Below, piece after piece: positions 56,201 through 64,000 of a DNA stretch of 64,000 nucleotides. The position numbers were made by a program, and so were the translations under genes. Numbering within the stretch: the first letter of the stretch is position 1; the number at the start of each line of letters is the position of its first letter. The notes beneath the pieces are model-generated. The model was not told the DNA's origin and did not search any database. It worked only from the letters and a program-made list of their open reading frames with translations. Source of the DNA: an uncultured delta proteobacterium (lineage in GTDB: Bacteria; Myxococcota; Myxococcia; Myxococcales; Myxococcaceae); NCBI GenBank assembly GCA_963713045.1, contig CAVQKE010000001.1, forward strand, positions 448,001-512,000, read 5' to 3'.

Positions 56201-56680
56201 GCCGCCGTCCTGCCAGCACGCCGGGTGACGCCCGGGAGCGGCGTCCACCCCTCCCTGGCCGGGTTGCGTGTGCTGGTGGTGGACGACGAGGAGGAAACGC
56301 GGGAGCTGCTGTGCCGCGTGCTGAGCCAGCAGCACGCCGTTGTCACCACCGCCTCCACGGCCACCGAGGCGCTGGGCGCGCTGCTCCGAGAGCGGCCGCA
56401 CGTCCTGGTGGCCGACCTGGCCATGCCGGGCGAGGATGGCTACCAGCTGGTGGCGCGCCTCCGCAGCCTCCTCCCCCAGCAGGGCGGCCAAACGCCGGCG
56501 GTCGCGGTGAGCGCTTCCTCCGGGCCGGGCGAGGCCCAGCGGGCGCAGCGCGCTGGTTTCCAGGTGTACCTCACCAAACCAGTGGAGCCCTTGGAGTTGC
56601 TCAGCGTCGTGGCAGAGCTGGCCGCCTCCGCAGTCGCCGCTGAAGCCGACGTGACGGCGGCCGCCTCCTCCACGGGTTGA
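53267..56680 (+). CDS. Hybrid sensor histidine kinase (multiple PAS, GAF, HisKA, HATPase, REC); start uncertain
   Basis: VHPAD PAS motif, LAIDNARLY, SHELRTPL, NAIKFT, DSGQG, GGLGLGL, VVDD..DLAMP..KP. Confidence 0.93.
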   Translation: MPGARCVAFPHAPEVSSLLAREQLAQLFDASPEPLCALSAVRTDRGIEDFRFQYVNPAALRMLRRTAAAELEGRRLLEDGPTQGPNALFQRLVRVVETGEADGNCSFFAAEGASAGAKSLAVRCGDGLTLAFRGETDAAAAVQPVSGQPLPPVPAPGRALLEAVLHHLPARVVLLRLPDFIIEYVNEAFLAGSAGGTLLGRRAEDVFPQLLHHPLAVGVRRAVATGRPYVEAELPVRMDVGGGVEERIFSVVYQPLADARGHPVALLGFHFDVTHQAEARACTEALLQEKERLAAQVEQERRWQQAVLTDVSQGLAVVTTDGAVLFCNPRLQELLGRTADSPPRLVGELFPFFGLDGEGTEECERPFHRAISTGLPVRNVPVLYRHPARGDITLDVSVAPILEAGRVASAIVTVDDVTDRHRWERERASALGAEREARLRAEALARDLARSEGRFRSLAETSSQAIWMTDWRGFVLSPAAGWSALTGQSHEETLGLGWLNAVHPADVKGMQRMLRDGLKTGQPQNGYCRVRRADGEWAECVSRGVPLFDEPGKVREWVGTLRDVSVERREEAALRLLSSTGAELSNTLDVAETLGAVTRLTVPALADFCIVDVLSEEGLRERVAVGHARSEDAGVAEALRRAGPAAGGPLAEALLRLEPVLLPVIDKDALLDATARDASHRAVLVGICGRSLLAVPLLARGRPLGVIGFVYAHSERRYGPLDVALAKEVCRRAALAIDNARLYQRAEDASRAKDAFLATVSHELRTPLSAILGWTRLLRGGGLSAEKQARALETLERNARVQARLVEDLLDVSRIVAGATRLEAAPVEVARVVDAALEALRPAAEAKALGLAVTLDRTLVVSGDADRLQQVTFNLVSNAIKFTPPKGHISVRLQPSGEQAELSVSDSGQGITQDFLPHVFERFRQADSTATRSTGGLGLGLAIVRHLVELHGGTVTASSRGPDQGSTFTVRLALRPLDAAVLPARRVTPGSGVHPSLAGLRVLVVDDEEETRELLCRVLSQQHAVVTTASTATEALGALLRERPHVLVADLAMPGEDGYQLVARLRSLLPQQGGQTPAVAVSASSGPGEAQRAQRAGFQVYLTKPVEPLELLSVVAELAASAVAAEADVTAAASSTG

Positions 56681-56840
56681 CGTCGGACGTCCACCCACCC
56701 TTGGTGCGGGACCCCTGCTTCGGCCTACGCCCAGAAGACAACAACTTCCCATGCGGACGGGTGTTAGGGCGTCAGGGCCCTTGCGTACGCTTTTTGCTTT
56801 GGGTCGCGTGAGAGCCTCCCTTCCACAAGCCGTCGCCTCC

Positions 56841-58295
56841 ATGCCCCCCCTCCGCCCGGCACCCCTGCACCCGGCCGCCACCCCTTCGGACGGGGAGCGC
56901 GACGCGCTGGGCCTGGGGGACAGTGGGCGGGAACCCGCCTTTGACCGGGTGGCCCGGCTGGCCGCCCGCGCCGTGCGCGCGCCGGTGACACTGCTGGTTT
57001 TCTTCAGCGAAGGCGGAGCCTTCGTCGGCGGGGCCGCGGGCCTGGAAGAATCGCCTTCGGGCTGGCCCATTCCCCAGGACGCGGTGGCTGCTGTCGCCCA
57101 GGCCAACCTGACGGCCACCGGTGTTTTGGCCCCGGAGGAGGGGGGCCTCGGCCGACAGGCCTGGGTGGGCGTGCCGGTGCGCGACCGGTCGGGACAGCTG
57201 TTGGGGGTGCTGCTGGCCGTCGATGCGGCGCCTCGCACCTGGCAGGCCGAGGACGTCCACGCGCTGCAGGACGCTGCCCACACCCTCCTGCCCGAGTTTG
57301 AGGCGAGGGCCGCCGCCGTCGAACTCGGCCTGGACCGGGCCGGGTTGTTGAGCCGACAGCGCCTGGGGGAAATCCCCGAGGCGCTGGCCCGCCTGCTGCG
57401 CACGGAGCGGGCCCACCTCACCGCGTTGCTCGACGCCTTGGCCGACGGGGTGCTGTTGGTGGGGGAGGACGGTGCCGTCATCCACTGCAACAAAGCCTTT
57501 CTCGGCCTTTTTGGGCTGCTGACGTCCCACTCCCTGGTGGGGCTCGCCAGCAGCGAGGCCGGTGCGCTGTTCCGGCTGCAGTTTCTTGAGCCGGACCGCT
57601 TCGAGGCACGCGTCCAGGAACTCTCCGGAGGACGAACGGCCACCTTCCGGGAGATGCTTCCACTCGCCGACGGCCGGGTGGTGGAGCGCGACTACGCGCC
57701 GGTGCTGGCAGCGGACCAGGCGCTGGGCCACCTGTGGATTTACCGCGATGTCACCGAGCGGGAGCGGGCACGCACCTCGCTCGGCCGACAGCGCGACAGC
57801 GGCTCGCTGAGCCACGTTGACGAGCTGACCAGCCTCCACAATCGGCGCGGCTTCATCGACTTGGCGCGGGCGCAGCTGGACGAGGCGGTGCGGGCCCAGC
57901 GCGGGATGCTGGTCATCTTCTCCGACCTCGACGGGCTGAAGCAGATAAATGACCGGTTCGGCCACCAGGCTGGGGATCGGGCGCTCCTCGAATTCGCCAC
58001 CCTGCTGCGGGCCACCTTCCGGGAGCGCGACCTCGTCGCCCGGTTGGGCGGTGACGAATTCGTTGTCCTCGTCACCGACGCCGCGGGCGTGGGCGCCGCG
58101 GAGTTGGTGGCTCGACTCAACAGCCGGGTCGAGCAGCACAACAACCGGGGACGGAGAGACTTCGCCATCGCCTTTTCCACCGGTGTGGCCACCTTCGACC
58201 CGGCCGAACCCGAGCCGCTGGAAGTCCTCCTCAGCCAGGCCGACGCCCGGATGTACGCCCACAAGCGCCGCCGGAAGGACGCGACCGGGAGTTGA
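56841..58295 (+). CDS. GAF-PAS diguanylate cyclase
   Basis: DELTSLHNRR, DLDGLKQINDRFGH, RxxD I-site RERD, intact GGDEF, AD..MY. Confidence 0.92.
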   Translation: MPPLRPAPLHPAATPSDGERDALGLGDSGREPAFDRVARLAARAVRAPVTLLVFFSEGGAFVGGAAGLEESPSGWPIPQDAVAAVAQANLTATGVLAPEEGGLGRQAWVGVPVRDRSGQLLGVLLAVDAAPRTWQAEDVHALQDAAHTLLPEFEARAAAVELGLDRAGLLSRQRLGEIPEALARLLRTERAHLTALLDALADGVLLVGEDGAVIHCNKAFLGLFGLLTSHSLVGLASSEAGALFRLQFLEPDRFEARVQELSGGRTATFREMLPLADGRVVERDYAPVLAADQALGHLWIYRDVTERERARTSLGRQRDSGSLSHVDELTSLHNRRGFIDLARAQLDEAVRAQRGMLVIFSDLDGLKQINDRFGHQAGDRALLEFATLLRATFRERDLVARLGGDEFVVLVTDAAGVGAAELVARLNSRVEQHNNRGRRDFAIAFSTGVATFDPAEPEPLEVLLSQADARMYAHKRRRKDATGS

Positions 58296-58296
58296 C

Positions 58297-61032
<2,736 letters not shown>

Positions 61033-61162
61033 GGGCTTTTTTCCTCGCGTCCCCTCCCTATGCACCGGGGCCTGCGCCGGGTGCAACACGCGCTTTCGCA
61101 TCGAGGAAATGCGCGCCCTGGGGGGCAAGCGAGGGCCCCGGCCAACCGCCACCCGAGGGGGG

Positions 61163-61552
61163 CTACTTCGCCGGCACCGAGGGCGTGTCCGACGTCGGCG
61201 GCGGGGTGGGCAGCGGCTTGAGCGTTCCGTAGGCGCCGGCTGGCGCCTCGTGAACGATGCCGGAGCTCAGGTCAATCACCAAATCCACCGGGGGTCCTCC
61301 GGTGGGCCCGGGCCCAAAGCGCAGCAGCCAGAGGTTGCCGGCCATCTCCTGCGAGCCGAGGAAGACACGGTCCGGCAGACTGGAGGAGTGGATGTAGTCC
61401 GAAGCCAGGTGCATCGCATCGTCGAAGCCGCCGACGGTGATGACATCCTGCGGCGGGGCCGGCGGGATGAGCGGCGGCCGGGTGCTCCGGTCATTGGCGA
61501 CGCATGCGCCAAGAAGGACGCTGCATACCAGCACCCGCTTGCCCGCACCCAT
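61163..61552 (-). CDS. Hypothetical lipoprotein
   Basis: Lipobox LLGAC; GAGGGG RBS. Confidence 0.6.
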   Translation of the reverse strand: MGAGKRVLVCSVLLGACVANDRSTRPPLIPPAPPQDVITVGGFDDAMHLASDYIHSSSLPDRVFLGSQEMAGNLWLLRFGPGPTGGPPVDLVIDLSSGIVHEAPAGAYGTLKPLPTPPPTSDTPSVPAK

Positions 61553-61662
61553 GGCCCCTCCCCTCAGGGCGAAAAGCTAACACGCGCCGCGCCGCGAAGC
61601 GGCCTCTGGCGCCGGTCCGCCGGCGAAGGGCCGCCCTGCTGCTTGCGCTGCCCGCGGCGGGC

Positions 61663-62586
61663 TTATTCCGACAGCGCTTGTTCAGCGGCACGCGCCGCCG
61701 CCGCCCGCGCCCAAGCCGGTTCCACCACTTCGGCCTCGCCCCCGAAGGACAGGACCCACTGCGTCAGCCAGCGCTCGGCGTCCCCGGCCACGCGCACCTC
61801 CACCCCCCCGTCGGCCAACTCCTTCACCTCGGAGCCGAAGCGCTCGCGCAGGTAGGGAGCGGCCACCGCCGAGAAGCGCACCCGGACTTCGCCGCGCTCG
61901 GCTGGGTCCGGCACGTGCGAGGGCGCCCCCACCCGGGGCGCGAATTGCCGCCCGGTTGCCACCAGGTGGGCCATTCGGTCGACCCGAAAGAGACGCTGGT
62001 CGGCCCGGCCGGCGTCCCAGGCGCTGAGGTACCACTGGCCGCGGTGGCTAAAGAGTTCGAGCGGTTCCACCCGGCGGGCTTCCACCGCGTCGCGCATCTT
62101 TCCGGCGTAATCGAAGGTGAGCTCCGAGCGCTCGGCGATGGCGCGGGTAATCTCCCCGAGGTCCGCCGAGCCGGTGGTCCGCATGTCCACCGTGCGCTCC
62201 AAGGCGTGGTAGCGCAGCCGCGCCGTCGCCGGCAGCACCTTCTCCAGCTTGGCCAGCGCGGTGGCCAGCGCCCCGCCAGCGGCGGGACGAAGCAACTCGC
62301 CGGCCGCGGCCAGGGCGGCGGCCTCGGCGGGCGTCAGCCGGGGAGGCTTGGTGAAGCGCTGGTCGAGCTCCACCGTCACTCGGTCGTTCTCGACGTGCAA
62401 GTCGATGAAGTCGTCGGGCTGAAACGGCGGGCGGCCCACCAGCGTCAGCAAGTCCAAGTCTCGCAACAACTCCTCCCGAGACAACCCCAGCGCCCGGGAC
62501 AGTGCATCGACGCTGATGCCTGGGTTGCGGGACACATAGGGCACCACCAACAGCAGGCGGCGGAGCCGCTCGTGCACGTCGCTCAT
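61663..62586 (-). CDS. pafC: PafC-like HTH-WYL-WCX transcriptional regulator
   Basis: RL.RLL..VPY..RNP N-terminus, G.PP..PDD.ID, RLT..EA, RRVEP, WYL, RLFRVDR, VLSFG..AEVVEP. Confidence 0.8.
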   Translation of the reverse strand: MSDVHERLRRLLLVVPYVSRNPGISVDALSRALGLSREELLRDLDLLTLVGRPPFQPDDFIDLHVENDRVTVELDQRFTKPPRLTPAEAAALAAAGELLRPAAGGALATALAKLEKVLPATARLRYHALERTVDMRTTGSADLGEITRAIAERSELTFDYAGKMRDAVEARRVEPLELFSHRGQWYLSAWDAGRADQRLFRVDRMAHLVATGRQFAPRVGAPSHVPDPAERGEVRVRFSAVAAPYLRERFGSEVKELADGGVEVRVAGDAERWLTQWVLSFGGEAEVVEPAWARAAAARAAEQALSE

Positions 62587-63584
62587 TGGGGTACCTGGTG
62601 CCGCCGGCGCACCGCCTCGGCCATCTCCCGGATGCGGGCGACCGCCGCCTCCGGTCCAAGGACGCGGACATCCGGGGAAAGCGCCAATAGGTGTCGGAGC
62701 AGCGGGTCCAGGTTGGTGACGGTGAGGGTGGCCCGGGTTTCCCCCGCCTCGTGCACCACCCGCGCTTCGGGGAAGTGGGCCTCCGCCCGGTCGGCCAGGC
62801 CTCCGGACAGCCGCAACGTCACTTCGGTCGGCTCTTCAATGCGAAACTGCCAGGGAGCATGGGGGACGTGGTCGTCCAGGCGAAAGTCCTGGGGCACCTG
62901 GAAGTCGGCGGTGCGGGGCTTACTGGTATTCATCTTCAAGTCGCGAATCCGGTGGACGTGGAAGGTCCGCAACGCCTGTCGCTCGTGGCAAAAGCCGACC
63001 AAAGACCAAATGCCGCGCCGAAGTGCCAGCCCGTAGGGGTCCACCGTCCGGTGCGAAGGGCGCGGCGAGCGCGGTGAGGCGTAAACCAGCGTCACCGACT
63101 TTCGGGCACTGGCGGCGGTCCACAGGGCCTCCAGGTGCTGCGGCACATGGCGCGCCTCCCGCACCGCGCCGAGCTCCATCCGGACCCGCGGCGCCGGCAG
63201 GTCCGGGTCGGCGAAAAAAGCAATCTTGCGCAGCGCGTGCTGCAAATCCTGTCGGCCGGGGAAGGCCCCCGAGGCGAGCGCCGCCGAGCCGGCCGCGTAC
63301 AGCACGGCCATCTCTTCCGGCGTGAAGCCCACGTCGGGCAGGTAGTAGGCGTCGCGGTCCAGCAGATAGCCGTCCTTGCGGTCCTCGTCGCCCTGGACGT
63401 AGGTGAGGGGAATCCCCAGCTCGAGGAGTTCCGCCTTGTCGCGCTCGAATTTGCGCTCGGTGGCCTCATCCGTCCCCGCACCGTAGTCCTCGGGGAAGGC
63501 CTCCTTCAGCTCCGCCCAAGAGACCGGCTCCTGCGCGTCGAGGAGTAAGGCCACCAAGTCCAGCAGTCGTTCGGTGCGGTCCAT
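62583..63584 (-). CDS. pafB: PafB-like HTH-WYL-WCX transcriptional regulator
   Basis: ERLLDLV.LL, PafB signature FERDK.EL.ELGIPL, RTVDPYGL, WSLVG, RTF.V.RI, VLGP; ATGA overlap with pafC. Confidence 0.8.
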   Translation of the reverse strand: MDRTERLLDLVALLLDAQEPVSWAELKEAFPEDYGAGTDEATERKFERDKAELLELGIPLTYVQGDEDRKDGYLLDRDAYYLPDVGFTPEEMAVLYAAGSAALASGAFPGRQDLQHALRKIAFFADPDLPAPRVRMELGAVREARHVPQHLEALWTAASARKSVTLVYASPRSPRPSHRTVDPYGLALRRGIWSLVGFCHERQALRTFHVHRIRDLKMNTSKPRTADFQVPQDFRLDDHVPHAPWQFRIEEPTEVTLRLSGGLADRAEAHFPEARVVHEAGETRATLTVTNLDPLLRHLLALSPDVRVLGPEAAVARIREMAEAVRRRHQVPQ

Positions 63585-63600
63585 CTTCCAGAAGGGACGG

Positions 63601-63630
63601 AGAATGGAGACCCGCGCGCCGAGCCGTCAA
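63601..63630 (-). promoter_or_regulatory. Possible sigma70 promoter of pafBC
   Basis: Minus strand TTGACG-N18-CATTCT. Confidence 0.3.
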
Positions 63631-63697
63631 GGCATCCGCGGCGTGCTACGGTTCCACCAAGGCCCGCCCACCCCCTGCCCTGCGTCGCGAGCTTCTC

Positions 63698-64000
63698 ATG
63701 CCCCTGACTCTGGTGTTGCTCCTGCTCGCTCAAAGCAACCAACAAGTCCATGACTGGCTCCAGGGCGCTGAAATCGGCGACCGCGTTCAGGCGATGACGT
63801 TTGGCTCGACCGGACGCTACCGGGCCGAGCGGAAGGACGCGCTCGGGCAAACCTTTGCCCACGGGACATGGGAGCTGAAGGGCAGCACCCTCAGCGTGAC
63901 GGTGCGCAGCTGCAAGGGGCCCGCCTGTCAGGTTTTCGGGACGAATTTTCGCGCCGAGTTGGCGGTGGTGGGGGGCCGTGCCCTCACGGTCAATCCGACG
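63698..64000 (+). CDS. Hypothetical exported protein, truncated by the window end
   Basis: MPLTLVLLLLAQ... open to the end of the window; GTWELKG; not in the ORF track. Confidence 0.55.
   Translation, partial: MPLTLVLLLLAQSNQQVHDWLQGAEIGDRVQAMTFGSTGRYRAERKDALGQTFAHGTWELKGSTLSVTVRSCKGPACQVFGTNFRAELAVVGGRALTVNPT

Noticed and set aside
53252..57643. 1463-aa minus-strand ORF
   Set aside because: Antisense shadow of the kinase and diguanylate cyclase genes.

Overview
A high-GC (roughly 70%) bacterial chromosomal window, most consistent with Myxococcota (Myxococcales-like gene content, Myxococcus-type LexA boxes). It is densely coding. It holds housekeeping and metabolic genes (priA, recA, fmt, rsmB, glmU-glmS, acnA, pfk, ggt, acyl-CoA dehydrogenase), a CzcCBA-type heavy-metal RND operon whose adaptor is internally duplicated, an ECF sigma/anti-sigma operon, an 8-gene cytochrome bc plus caa3 oxidase operon, a hybrid histidine kinase, a diguanylate cyclase and many exported hypothetical proteins. 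I saw no rRNA, tRNA, CRISPR array or mobile element. The main observation is a pafB/pafC-like WYL gene pair (61663-63584) together with the motif TGTC(A/G)G-N10-TA, the mycobacterial PafBC/RecA-NDp promoter signature. That motif sits on the correct strand just upstream of the two DNA repair/restart genes in the window, priA and recA, and recA also carries a LexA box. This suggests an actinobacterial-style, LexA-independent PafBC DNA-damage regulon in a myxobacterium. Secondary observations: a LexA-boxed small sigma-region-4-like gene, two probable pseudoenzymes (AroQ-like and M3-peptidase-like), coordinated loss of the Mg site in the oxidase, and a probable CTG start codon. All family assignments come from reading motifs by eye; no database search was run.
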